Source of the DNA: Gemmatimonadales bacterium
GTDB taxonomy: Bacteria; Gemmatimonadota; Gemmatimonadetes; Gemmatimonadales; JACORV01
DNA: 44,436 nucleotides
Assembly: GCA_017881505.1 (NCBI GenBank)
Contig: JADGQW010000002.1
Span: 1-44,436 of the forward strand
Direction: 5' to 3'
Shown piece by piece: positions 1 to 10,326 of the stretch. Numbering within the stretch: the stretch's first letter is position 1; every line of letters begins with the position of its first letter. Position numbers and translations under genes: made by a program. The notes below the pieces were generated by a model. That model made no database searches and was not told the origin of the DNA. It saw nothing but the letters and a program-made list of their open reading frames with translations.

Positions 1-595
1 CGTCGCAGTCGGCGCACGGCGCTCCGGCACCGGCGGTGCAGGCCCCCCCGGCCGCGGCGCCCGCCGAGACGACGGCGCCCGCCGCCCAGGACCTCGACCC
101 GCGGCTCGCGGTGGTGCGCCGGCGCGTGGACCTGCGGCGCGCCCCCGACGCGCCCCCCGCCGGCTCGCTCGAGGCCGACATGCCGGTCCGCATCACGGCG
201 CGCGCCGGCGAGTGGGTGCGGGTGGAGACGCAGGGCTGGGTCCGCGAGAGCGAACTGCGGCCGGCCGGCGGTGCGGCGCTGAACAACGTGACGGCCGCGG
301 AACTCCGGACCGACCCCGAGCGCTTCAGGGGACGGCTGCTCCGCTGGACGATCCAGTTCATCGCGCTCCAGACGGCCGACGAGCTGCGCCCCGACTTCGC
401 CCCCGGCGAGCAGTACATCCTCGCCCGCGGCCCCGCGCCGGAGTACGCCTTCGCCTACGTCGTCGTGCCGCCGGACCGGGCGGCCGCGGTGGCGCAGATC
501 GCGCCCCTGACGAGCGTCACCATCATCGCGCGGGTGCGCACCGGGCGCAGCACCTACCTCGCCAATCCCATCCTCGAACTGGTGGACATCGTCCC

Positions 596-599
<4 letters not shown>
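1..599 (+). CDS. hypothetical protein, probably 5'-truncated by the window edge (SH3b-like beta-rich region)
   Basis: The frame is open from nt 3 with no upstream stop. The first GTG is at 36 and the stop TGA is at 597-599. An Ala/Pro-rich N-part is followed by the segment ARAGEWVRVETQGWVRESEL. The stop overlaps the next ATG (ATGA at 596-599). Confidence 0.5.
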
Positions 600-2474
<1,875 letters not shown>

Positions 2475-2487
2475 GGAGACCCCCCTC

Positions 2488-3990
2488 ATGAGTCTGTGGG
2501 CGACCAAGTCCATCACCGCTCTGCGCGCGCAAGCCGACGAGGTCGGCGCGCATTCGCTGAAGCGGACCCTCGGCCCGCTGAACCTGACGACGCTCGGCAT
2601 CGGCGCCATCATCGGCGCCGGGATCTTCGTCCTGACGGGACAGGCGGCCGCGCTGCACGCCGGCCCCGCCGTGCCGATCTCGATGATCCTCGTCGGCATC
2701 GCCTGCGCCTTCGCCGGCCTCTGCTACGCCGAGATGGCGAGCGCGGTCCCGGTGGCGGGAAGCGCCTACACCTACTCGTACGCGACGATGGGCGAGTTCG
2801 TCGCCTGGATCATCGGGTGGGACCTCGTCCTCGAGTACGCGGCCGGCGCCGCCACGGTCGGGGTGGGCTGGTCCGGCCACTTCGTGAGCTTGATGGGCCA
2901 GCTGGGGATCGTCTTCCCGCCGTCGCTGACCAACGCCCCCACCCAGTGGTGCACCGCGGCCAACGTCACGGCCGCCGTGCCCGGCTGCGTGCATTCGGGG
3001 CTCGTCCTGACGGGCGCCATCGTCAACGCGCCCGCGGTGGCCATCGTCGCCGTGATGTCCACGATCCTCGTGATCGGCATCAAGGAATCGGCGACGGTCA
3101 ACAACTTCATCGTGATCCTCAAGGTCGCGATCATCCTGCTGATCGTCGTCGTCGGGCTCGGCCACATCAATCCGGCGAACTGGAAGCCGTTCATCCCCGC
3201 CAACACGGGGGAATGGGGCACCTTCGGCCCGTCGGGCATCCTCCGCGGCGCCGGACTGGTCTTCTTCGCGTACATCGGCTTCGACGCCGTCTCCACGGCG
3301 GCGCAGGAGGCGAAGAACCCGCAGAGGGACATGCCGATCGGCATCCTCGGGTCCCTCGCGATCTGCACGCTGCTCTACGTGGTCGTCTCGGCGGTGCTGA
3401 CGGGGATGGTGCCGTACACCGACCTGAACGTCGCCGCGCCGATGGCGCTGGCGATGGAGCGGATCGGCGCGCCGACGTGGGTGCGCCTGCTGGTGGACGT
3501 GGGCGCCGTCCTCGGGCTCGGCTCCGTCATCCTGGTGATGCTCCTCGGCCAGTCGCGGGTGTTCTACTCGATGTCGCGCGACGGCCTCCTCGGGAAGTGG
3601 GCGGCATCGGTGCACCCGAAGTTCCGGACGCCGTACCTCTCGACCATCTTCACCGGCATCGCCGTCGGCCTCGCCACCGGCATCCTGCCCCTGCAGCTCC
3701 TGGGACAGCTGGTGAACATCGGCACGCTCCTCGCCTTCGTGCTCGTGTGCATCGGCGTCCTGGTGCTCCGCCGCACGCGGCCCGACCTCGACCGCCCCTT
3801 CCGGACGCCGTGGGTGCCCTTTGTCCCGATCATGGGCATCCTCTGCTGCTTCGGGCTGATGCTGACGCTTCCCGAGGACACCTGGATCCGGCTGCTGGTG
3901 TGGCTGATCATCGGCCTCGCCATCTACTTCGGCTACGGGCGCAAGCACAGCCACCTGCAGAAGGAGCTGCGCGGGGAGAAGGTCGCGTAG
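2488..3990 (+). CDS. APC-family amino acid permease (cationic amino acid transporter-like)
   Basis: The ATG at 2488 sits 9 nt after a GGGAGA Shine-Dalgarno sequence. LNLTTLGIGAIIGAGIFVLTG is the typical TM1 motif, and about 12 hydrophobic segments follow. Confidence 0.9.
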   Translation: MSLWATKSITALRAQADEVGAHSLKRTLGPLNLTTLGIGAIIGAGIFVLTGQAAALHAGPAVPISMILVGIACAFAGLCYAEMASAVPVAGSAYTYSYATMGEFVAWIIGWDLVLEYAAGAATVGVGWSGHFVSLMGQLGIVFPPSLTNAPTQWCTAANVTAAVPGCVHSGLVLTGAIVNAPAVAIVAVMSTILVIGIKESATVNNFIVILKVAIILLIVVVGLGHINPANWKPFIPANTGEWGTFGPSGILRGAGLVFFAYIGFDAVSTAAQEAKNPQRDMPIGILGSLAICTLLYVVVSAVLTGMVPYTDLNVAAPMALAMERIGAPTWVRLLVDVGAVLGLGSVILVMLLGQSRVFYSMSRDGLLGKWAASVHPKFRTPYLSTIFTGIAVGLATGILPLQLLGQLVNIGTLLAFVLVCIGVLVLRRTRPDLDRPFRTPWVPFVPIMGILCCFGLMLTLPEDTWIRLLVWLIIGLAIYFGYGRKHSHLQKELRGEKVA

Positions 3991-4013
3991 TCTTCGCCGT
4001 CCCGGGCTGACCA

Positions 4014-4053
4014 GCGGCCGGCCCCAGCGCATCGGGGCCGGCCGCTCCGTTTC
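4014..4053 (+). terminator. intrinsic terminator-like hairpin after the permease gene
   Basis: A perfect 12-bp inverted repeat, GCGGCCGGCCCC (4014-4025) and GGGGCCGGCCGC (4034-4045), flanks an 8-nt loop. It is followed by tccgtttcc. Confidence 0.6.
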
Positions 4054-4065
4054 CGGCCCCGCCGC

Positions 4066-4094
4066 TTGCCCGCTGCGGGTCGCCCCTGTACCCT
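4066..4094 (+). promoter_or_regulatory. promoter candidate TTGCCC-N17-TACCCT upstream of the DHH phosphoesterase gene
   Basis: The -35-like element is at 4066-4071 and the -10-like element at 4089-4094. The ATG at 4105 is 10 nt downstream with no Shine-Dalgarno sequence. This is a weak match. Confidence 0.25.
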
Positions 4095-4104
4095 GCACGG
4101 CCAG

Positions 4105-5142
4105 ATGCCCACTCGACCCAAGCTGGAGCACGTCGGCGCTGCGCGCGCCACGGCCTCGCAGGAGGTCGCCGCGGCGGTGCTGGCGGCGCGGACGATCGTC
4201 CTCACGACCCACGTCAACGCCGACGGCGACGGCGTGGGGAGCGAGATCGCCCTCGTCCACCTCCTCACCGCGCTCGGCAAGCAGGTGAGCATCGCCAATC
4301 CGACGCCGATCCCCGACCGCTACGCCTTCCTGCGGGACCCCGTCCGCGCGCACGACCGCACCGCCGACGCCGTGAAGGCGATCCGCGGGGCGGACCTGTT
4401 CCTCGTGCTGGACATCGCCGACCTCGGCCGCCTCGGCCACCTGGGCGCGCCCCTCGCGGCGCGGGGCATCGTGACGGCGTGCGTGGACCACCACCTCACC
4501 GCCGGTCAGCTTCCGCCGGGCCCACGCCTGGTGGACGCCGCTGCCGCCGCGACGGGCGAGCTGATCTACGACCTCGCGGCCACCGCGGGGTGGCCCCTCA
4601 CCCCCGAGGCGGCCCGCGCCCTCTACGTCGCCCTCCTCACCGATACCGGCGGCTTCCGCTTCTCCAACACCGCCCCGCGCGTCCTGCGGGTCGCGGCGTC
4701 GCTCCTCGAGCACGGCGTCCACCCGGAGCACGTCTACGAGTCGGTCTACGCCACCGCCCCCCTCGGCCGGCTGCGCCTCACCGCCGAGGTCCTCGACACG
4801 CTCGTCGTCGAGCCCGAGGCCGGCCTCTCGTGGCTGACCGTGCCGGCCGGGGCCGTCGAGCGCCACGGCGCCACCCCCGACGACCTCGAGGGGCTCGTCG
4901 AGATGGCGCGCTCGGTGCAGGGGACCCGCCTCGCCCTCCTCTTCCGCTCCCTCGCCAGCGGCAACATCAAGGTTTCCTTCCGCTCCGTCGGGGACGTCGA
5001 CGTCGCCGCGTTCGCCCGCGACTTCGGCGGCGGCGGACACGCGAAGGCCGCCGGCGCCTCCCTTGCCGGGACCCTCGACGAGGTCCAGACCACCGTCCTC
5101 GCCGCGGCACGCCGTCTGCTCAAGCACGGGGCGCCGAGTTGA
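4105..5142 (+). CDS. DHH/DHHA1 phosphoesterase (NrnA-like oligoribonuclease / pAp phosphatase)
   Basis: Motifs seen are HVNADGDGVGS, CVDHHLT, TDTGGFRFSNT and the DHHA1 motif GGGGHAKAAGA. An alternative TTG start exists at 4066. Confidence 0.85.
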   Translation: MPTRPKLEHVGAARATASQEVAAAVLAARTIVLTTHVNADGDGVGSEIALVHLLTALGKQVSIANPTPIPDRYAFLRDPVRAHDRTADAVKAIRGADLFLVLDIADLGRLGHLGAPLAARGIVTACVDHHLTAGQLPPGPRLVDAAAAATGELIYDLAATAGWPLTPEAARALYVALLTDTGGFRFSNTAPRVLRVAASLLEHGVHPEHVYESVYATAPLGRLRLTAEVLDTLVVEPEAGLSWLTVPAGAVERHGATPDDLEGLVEMARSVQGTRLALLFRSLASGNIKVSFRSVGDVDVAAFARDFGGGGHAKAAGASLAGTLDEVQTTVLAAARRLLKHGAPS

Positions 5143-5215
5143 TCGGCTTCCCGGGCCTTCCGCGGCCGGGTAGATTACGAGTGGATTTGTCGAGATATCC
5201 TGGAGAGGGAGGGAC

Positions 5216-5446
5216 ATGACCACCATCGAGAAGATCGAGCGCGTCCTCGAGACCGTGCGCCCCGCCATCCAGATGGACGGCGGCGACGTGGAGTTCGTGG
5301 ACTTTGACGAGGACGAGGGCGTGGTGCAGCTGCGGCTGAAGGGGCACTGCGTGGGCTGCGCCGCGTCGATGATGACGCTGAAGAACGGGATCGAGTCGCG
5401 GCTGAAGGCGTCGGTGCCGCTGGTGAAGACGGTCGAGGCGATCTAG
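5216..5446 (+). CDS. NifU/Nfu-type Fe-S cluster scaffold or carrier domain protein
   Basis: 76 aa. It contains RPAIQMDGGDVEFVDF and the CVGC pair. A strong Shine-Dalgarno sequence, GGAGAGGGAGGG, lies immediately upstream. Confidence 0.85.
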   Translation: MTTIEKIERVLETVRPAIQMDGGDVEFVDFDEDEGVVQLRLKGHCVGCAASMMTLKNGIESRLKASVPLVKTVEAI

Positions 5447-5449
5447 CCC

Positions 5450-6577
5450 GTGGCCCACGATCCCGTGCAGGCCCGGGTCGCGGCCGCGCTCACCGGGGTG
5501 CAGAACCCGCGGGTGGGGAAGGACGTGATCTCCGCGGGGACAGTGGCCGACATCCACGTGCACGACGGCGGCAAGGTGCACCTCACCGTGCTGCTGCGGC
5601 AGGAGGACCCGGCATCGCTTCCGCGGGAGATCCGCGCCGCGCTGAAGGACGTCGAGGGCGTCACCGGCGTGAAGCTCGACATCCACGACCCGGCGGCGGC
5701 CGACGCGCCGCGCCACGCGCCGCCCCAGCCGGGGATGGCGCCCGCCGCGCCGGTCGCGAAGCCGAGGCCGGCGCCGCAGTCGCGCCAGCTGCCGCACCTC
5801 GGGCACATCGTGGCGGTGTCGAGCGGCAAGGGGGGCGTGGGCAAGTCCACGGTGTCGGCGAACCTGGCCGTCGCGCTCGCGTCGGCGGGGCACCGCGTGG
5901 GGCTGATGGACGCCGACGTCTACGGGCCGAACCTGCCGCGCATGTTCGGCATCGCGGGGCAGCAGCCGCTGGTCGTCGAGGGGAAGATCCAGCCGGTGCC
6001 GGCGCACGGCGTGCGGGTGATGTCCCTCGGCAGCATCGTCGAGCGGGACGCGGCGGCCATCTGGCGCGGTCCCATCATCCAGAAGATCATTCAGCAATTC
6101 CTGAACGACGTCGAATGGGGACAGCTGGACTATTTCATCGTGGACCTTCCGCCGGGCACCGGCGACGCGCAGCTGAGCCTGGTGCAGTCGGTGCACCTCG
6201 ATGGGGCGCTGATCGTGACGACGCCGCAGGAGGTGGCGGTGGGGGACGCGCTGCGCGGCGCGAAGATGTTCGAGAAGGTGGGCGTGCCGGTGTTGGGGAT
6301 CGTCGAGAACATGTCGTACTTCGCCTGCCCGCACTGCGGCGAGCGCACCGCGATCTTCGCGAGCGGCGGGGGGAAGCGCCTGGCCGACGAGCTCGGCCTG
6401 CCGCTGCTGGCGGAGATCCCCCTCCAGGCCGGGATGCCGGACATGAGCGAGACGGGGGTGCCTGTGGTGGTGGGCGCCCCGGACAGCGCGGCGGCCCGTG
6501 CGCTCACGGCCCTCGCGGAGGCGGTCCAACAGCAGGTCGGCGGCCAGTCGGTCCGGCTCCCCGTCATCGTCGGCTAG
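5450..6577 (+). CDS. Mrp/ApbC/NBP35-family Fe-S cluster carrier ATPase
   Basis: An N-terminal DUF59-like domain is followed by a Pro/Ala linker and a deviant Walker A, SSGKGGVGKST. Also present are DLPPGTGD and the CPHC motif. The start is GTG. Confidence 0.9.
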   Translation: MAHDPVQARVAAALTGVQNPRVGKDVISAGTVADIHVHDGGKVHLTVLLRQEDPASLPREIRAALKDVEGVTGVKLDIHDPAAADAPRHAPPQPGMAPAAPVAKPRPAPQSRQLPHLGHIVAVSSGKGGVGKSTVSANLAVALASAGHRVGLMDADVYGPNLPRMFGIAGQQPLVVEGKIQPVPAHGVRVMSLGSIVERDAAAIWRGPIIQKIIQQFLNDVEWGQLDYFIVDLPPGTGDAQLSLVQSVHLDGALIVTTPQEVAVGDALRGAKMFEKVGVPVLGIVENMSYFACPHCGERTAIFASGGGKRLADELGLPLLAEIPLQAGMPDMSETGVPVVVGAPDSAAARALTALAEAVQQQVGGQSVRLPVIVG

Positions 6578-6579
6578 CG

Positions 6580-7362
6580 CTGGCGCTGCTGGCCAGCGCG
6601 CTCGCCACGGCGGCCCCGCTCCACGCCCAGGAGTGGGTGTCGCCGGCCGAGACGGCGTCGGGGCAGGACCTCATCTACCGGGGCCGCTTCTCCGCGGCCC
6701 ATCTCTACTTCTCCCGGCTCACCGAATCCCGTCCCCGCGACCCCATCGGGCCGACGCTTGCGGCGTCGGCGCTGATCTGGTGGGGGAACGCGCTGGGCGA
6801 GGACGCCTTCCTCGCCGATTCGATCGACGCGCTCCTCGCGGAGGGCGCCGCGCGCGCGACGGCGCTCACGCAGCAGGCGGAGGACGACTCGACGCGCGCC
6901 GCGGCGTATTTCTGGCTCGGCACCGCGATCGGGTACCGGGCCCGCCAGGCGGAGCTGCTCGGCAAGTGGTGGCGCGCGGCGCGCGAGGCGGGCCGGATGC
7001 GCTCGGCGCTCGAGCGCTCCTTCGCCCTCGATTCCGCCCGGACCGACTGCCTCCTCGGCCTCGCCGTGTACGAGTACGGGCTGGCGCGGGCGAGCGCCCT
7101 CGCCCGGCTGGTCGCCCGCATCATCGGGCTCGGCGGCGGCGACGTGGATCACGCCATGGAGCTGTTCCGGCGCGTCCTGGCTGACGGCGACCTCGCGCGC
7201 ACCGAGGGGCGGTGGCTCTACGCCAACGTGCTGCTGCGCGAAGGGGAGCGGGACGCGTCGCTGCGGGAGGAGGGTCTCCGCCTCATCGCGCAGCTCGCCG
7301 ACGACTACCCGGACAACCCGATCTTCCGCCGCGCCTTCGGCGGGGCCGCGCCCTCGCCGTGA
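6580..7362 (+). CDS. hypothetical secreted helical-repeat (TPR-like) protein; start codon unresolved
   Basis: The open frame encodes RHRRLALALLASALATAAPLHA/QEW, which looks like a signal peptide. No ATG, GTG or TTG precedes that segment. In-frame CTG codons lie at 6580, 6586 and 6589, and the first canonical start is GTG at 6637. The stop is at 7360-7362. Confidence 0.5.
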   Translation: MALLASALATAAPLHAQEWVSPAETASGQDLIYRGRFSAAHLYFSRLTESRPRDPIGPTLAASALIWWGNALGEDAFLADSIDALLAEGAARATALTQQAEDDSTRAAAYFWLGTAIGYRARQAELLGKWWRAAREAGRMRSALERSFALDSARTDCLLGLAVYEYGLARASALARLVARIIGLGGGDVDHAMELFRRVLADGDLARTEGRWLYANVLLREGERDASLREEGLRLIAQLADDYPDNPIFRRAFGGAAPSP

Positions 7363-8702
7363 CGGCGCCGACGGAGCCGCACACCACCGACCTGACCAGC
7401 GGCCGCCTCTCCGCGGCCATCCTCCACCTGGCGGGCCCCGCCGTCGCCGCCGCGTTGCTGCAGCTCCTCTTCCTCCTCATCGACACCTTCTGGGTGGGCC
7501 GGATCCTCGGGCCCGCCGCGCTCGCGGCCGTCTCGACGGGCGGCTTCGCGGTGTGGATGCTGACGGCGCTCGGGGAGATGATCGGCGTGGGGCTCACCGC
7601 GGTGGCGGCGCGCCGCCACGGCGAAGGGGCGCACGGCCTCGCGGCGGTCGCCGCCGGCACGACGCTCGCCGTGGGGCTGGTGGGCGGCGTCTTCGTCGCG
7701 GCGGCGGGATGGCTCGGCCTTCCCCTCCTCTTCCTGGCGATGGGGACGCCGCCTGAGGTCACCGAGCTGGGCCGCCTCTACCTCGGCACCTACCTCATCG
7801 GCACGCCGCTCATCTTCGGCTACTTCGCGACGGAAGCCACCTTCCGCGCGTCGGGGGACACGCGCACGCCCCTCATCCTCCTCGGCGCGTCGGTCCTGGT
7901 GAACCTCGGCCTCGACCCCCTCCTGATCATGGGCATCGGGCCGTTCCCGGCGCTCGGCATCGCCGGCGCCGCGATCGCGGCCATCGCCACCCGCGGCCTC
8001 ACGCTGCTGCTCGGGGTCATCGTCCTGGCGCGCCGGCGGCTGGTGCGCGTTTCGGTGCTGCACTGGCGCTCGGCGCTCGCGGTGATGCGCATCGGGGCGC
8101 CGACCGCCGCGACCGGCGTCGTCTTCAGCCTCGTCTACATCGGGCTGACGCGGGTCACGACCCGCTTCGGCACGCCGGCGCTCGCGGCCCTCGGCGTGGG
8201 ACACAAGCTCGAGGGCGTCGCCTACATGGCGGCCACCGGGTTCGCCCTGGCGGCGGCAGCGGTGGTCGGCCAGAACCTCGGCGCCGTGCGACCCGACCGG
8301 GCGCGGCGCGCGGGATGGCTCACGACGGGTTACGCGCTCTGCGCGGCGGCGCTGCCGGCCATCGCCTTCCTCGCCTTCCCGGACGCGCTGGTGGGCATCT
8401 TCACACGGGACGCCGCGGTCATCGCGGACGGCGGCAGCTACCTGCGGATCATCGCCCTGGCGGAGCTGGCCATGGCGGTGGAGATCGTGCTCGAGGGGGC
8501 GATGGGGGGTGCCGGCTTCACCCTGCAGCCGATGCTCTGGTCCACATGCCTCACCGCCGCGCGCATCCCCCTCGGCGCTTGGTTCGCCGGCGCGTTCGGG
8601 CTCGCGGGCATCTGGTGGGCCATCTCCCTCACCGCCATGGGGCGCGGCGTCGCGATGGCCCTGCTGTGGCGGAGCGAGCGGTGGCGGGAAGCGAGGGTCT
8701 GA
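7359..8702 (+). CDS. MATE-family efflux transporter
   Basis: The GTG at 7359 overlaps the upstream TGA (GTGA). The product has about 12 TM segments and typical MATE N-terminal text, ILHLAGPAVAAALLQLLFLLIDTFWVGR. Confidence 0.85.
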   Translation: MTAPTEPHTTDLTSGRLSAAILHLAGPAVAAALLQLLFLLIDTFWVGRILGPAALAAVSTGGFAVWMLTALGEMIGVGLTAVAARRHGEGAHGLAAVAAGTTLAVGLVGGVFVAAAGWLGLPLLFLAMGTPPEVTELGRLYLGTYLIGTPLIFGYFATEATFRASGDTRTPLILLGASVLVNLGLDPLLIMGIGPFPALGIAGAAIAAIATRGLTLLLGVIVLARRRLVRVSVLHWRSALAVMRIGAPTAATGVVFSLVYIGLTRVTTRFGTPALAALGVGHKLEGVAYMAATGFALAAAAVVGQNLGAVRPDRARRAGWLTTGYALCAAALPAIAFLAFPDALVGIFTRDAAVIADGGSYLRIIALAELAMAVEIVLEGAMGGAGFTLQPMLWSTCLTAARIPLGAWFAGAFGLAGIWWAISLTAMGRGVAMALLWRSERWREARV

Positions 8703-8704
8703 GG

Positions 8705-9466
8705 ATGATCGTCACGCTGCTCACCGACTTCGGGACGAGCGACGGCTACGTGGCGGAGCTGAAGGGGGTCCTCCTCGCGCGCGCGGGCGGCGCGGCGCTG
8801 GTGGACGTCACCCACGAGATCCCCCCGGGCGACGTCGCCGCCGCGGCGTACCTCGTCGGCCGGACGTGGCGCGCCTTCCCCGCGGGGACGGTGCATCTCG
8901 CAGTGGTGGACCCAGGCGTCGGCTCGGGGCGCCTCGCGATCGCGGCCGAAGCGCACGGCCACCGCTTCGTCGCCCCCGACAACGGCCTGCTCTCGCACGT
9001 GCTGCGCGGCACCGAGGCGCGCGTCGTCGCGCTCCCGATCCCGCCCTCCGCCAGCTCCGTGTTCCACGGCCGCGACGTCTTCGCCCCCGCGGCGGCGCGC
9101 CTCGCCACGGGCGAGCCCCTGGCGGCGCTCGGCACCCCGCTCGCCGAGCCCGTGCTCCTCCCGGCGCCTCGGCTGGAGTGGCAAAGGGGAGACCTGGTGG
9201 GCGAGGTCGTGCACGTGGACCGATTCGGGACGCTCGTCACGAGCCTGCCCGGCGATGCGGTGGCCGCGGGCTCCGAGGTGCGGATCGGATCGGCCGGGGT
9301 TCTGCTGCGGAAGACCTTCGCGGACGTGGCGCGGGGCGCGCTGGTGGCGTTCGTGGGTTCGGGCGGGACGGTGGAGATCGGGGTGCGGGACGCCCGCGCG
9401 GATGCGGTGCTCGGTGCCGGGCGCGGTGCGGAGGTGCGGGTGGCGGCCCGCGGAGGCGCCGCCTAG
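8705..9466 (+). CDS. SAM hydrolase / SAM-dependent halogenase family protein (DUF62)
   Basis: Family-typical motifs are LLTDFGTSDGYVAELKGV and VVDPGVGS. The ATG lies 2 nt after the MATE stop. Confidence 0.8.
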   Translation: MIVTLLTDFGTSDGYVAELKGVLLARAGGAALVDVTHEIPPGDVAAAAYLVGRTWRAFPAGTVHLAVVDPGVGSGRLAIAAEAHGHRFVAPDNGLLSHVLRGTEARVVALPIPPSASSVFHGRDVFAPAAARLATGEPLAALGTPLAEPVLLPAPRLEWQRGDLVGEVVHVDRFGTLVTSLPGDAVAAGSEVRIGSAGVLLRKTFADVARGALVAFVGSGGTVEIGVRDARADAVLGAGRGAEVRVAARGGAA

Positions 9467-10326
9467 CGGGCGGGCCCCGTCCAGACGACGTTGATGCCGC
9501 CGAACGCGGCGCTCACGTCCAGCACGAGCCGCCGCGCCGCCCGCTCGTATCCCGCCGTGTAGTAGGTGTCCCCCCGCCGCTGCAATCCCGACTGGTCGAA
9601 CGACGCGAGGAGCCGGCTGAGGTGCACCGCCACGCCGGCATCGCGCGGAAGCATCAGCGTGAGGGTGCCGATCGCGACGTTGATGTCCGCGTCCATGACC
9701 CCCTGCCACGTCCCGCTGAAGTCCAGCGTCACGTCGCCCACGCCGCCCTCGAAGTGCACCGACCGGCAGTTCGCATTCCCGAGCGACCACGCGTGGAACG
9801 CCGCGGCCCCGGCCTCGAGCCGGAGCTCCGAGCAGCGGACGGTGTTGGGGCGGCTGAAGCGCAGCGACGTCTCGGACGCGCCCGTCCGGTAGCGCACGCT
9901 CCGGAGCGCCAGCCCGCCGAGGTCCACCTGGGAGCGGACGGCGCCGAGATCGAGGTTCAGTGTCAGCGGGACGTCGGGTGCGAGCTGGACGTCGAGCGTG
10001 GGCACCGGATCGCCCTTGCGGCGGTCCACGAGGTTCACGTGGTTGCCCACCCCGCGCACGCCGAGAAGGAGCCGCCCGCCGACGGCGTCGTACTCCCGCA
10101 GCGGCGTGAACCGGTCTTCGTCGTAGCGGAGGTCCATCCGGTACAGCGTGCCCTCCGGTGCGGCGGACAGCCGGAACTCCCCCGCGACGTAGTTCACCGT
10201 CACCGCGAGCTCCGCCTCGCCGTGCCGCTGGCGCGCGGAGGTGAGGCTCCGCCACGTCTGAGCGGCAAGCGGCGGCGCGGTCGCGAGGCAGGTGGCCGCG
10301 AGGACGATCAGGGGGCGCAGCCTCAC
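9463..10326 (-). CDS. secreted DUF4097/toastrack-like beta-helix protein (LiaG-like putative adhesin)
   Basis: The GTG at 10326 overlaps the upstream TGA. The signal peptide is VRLRPLIVLAATCLATAPPLAAQ. Repetitive beta-strand segments follow (VDLGG..., LEAGAAAF..., FEGGVGDVTLDF...). Confidence 0.6.
   Translation of the reverse strand: MRLRPLIVLAATCLATAPPLAAQTWRSLTSARQRHGEAELAVTVNYVAGEFRLSAAPEGTLYRMDLRYDEDRFTPLREYDAVGGRLLLGVRGVGNHVNLVDRRKGDPVPTLDVQLAPDVPLTLNLDLGAVRSQVDLGGLALRSVRYRTGASETSLRFSRPNTVRCSELRLEAGAAAFHAWSLGNANCRSVHFEGGVGDVTLDFSGTWQGVMDADINVAIGTLTLMLPRDAGVAVHLSRLLASFDQSGLQRRGDTYYTAGYERAARRLVLDVSAAFGGINVVWTGPAR

Noticed and set aside
6541-6580. A possible -1 programmed frameshift fusing Mrp/ApbC to the downstream signal-peptide-bearing ORF.
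   Set aside because: The downstream frame is the -1 frame, but there is no X-XXY-YYZ slippery heptamer near the Mrp stop. The best candidate is only ctccccg. A signal peptide placed after a 375-aa cytoplasmic ATPase also makes no biological sense.
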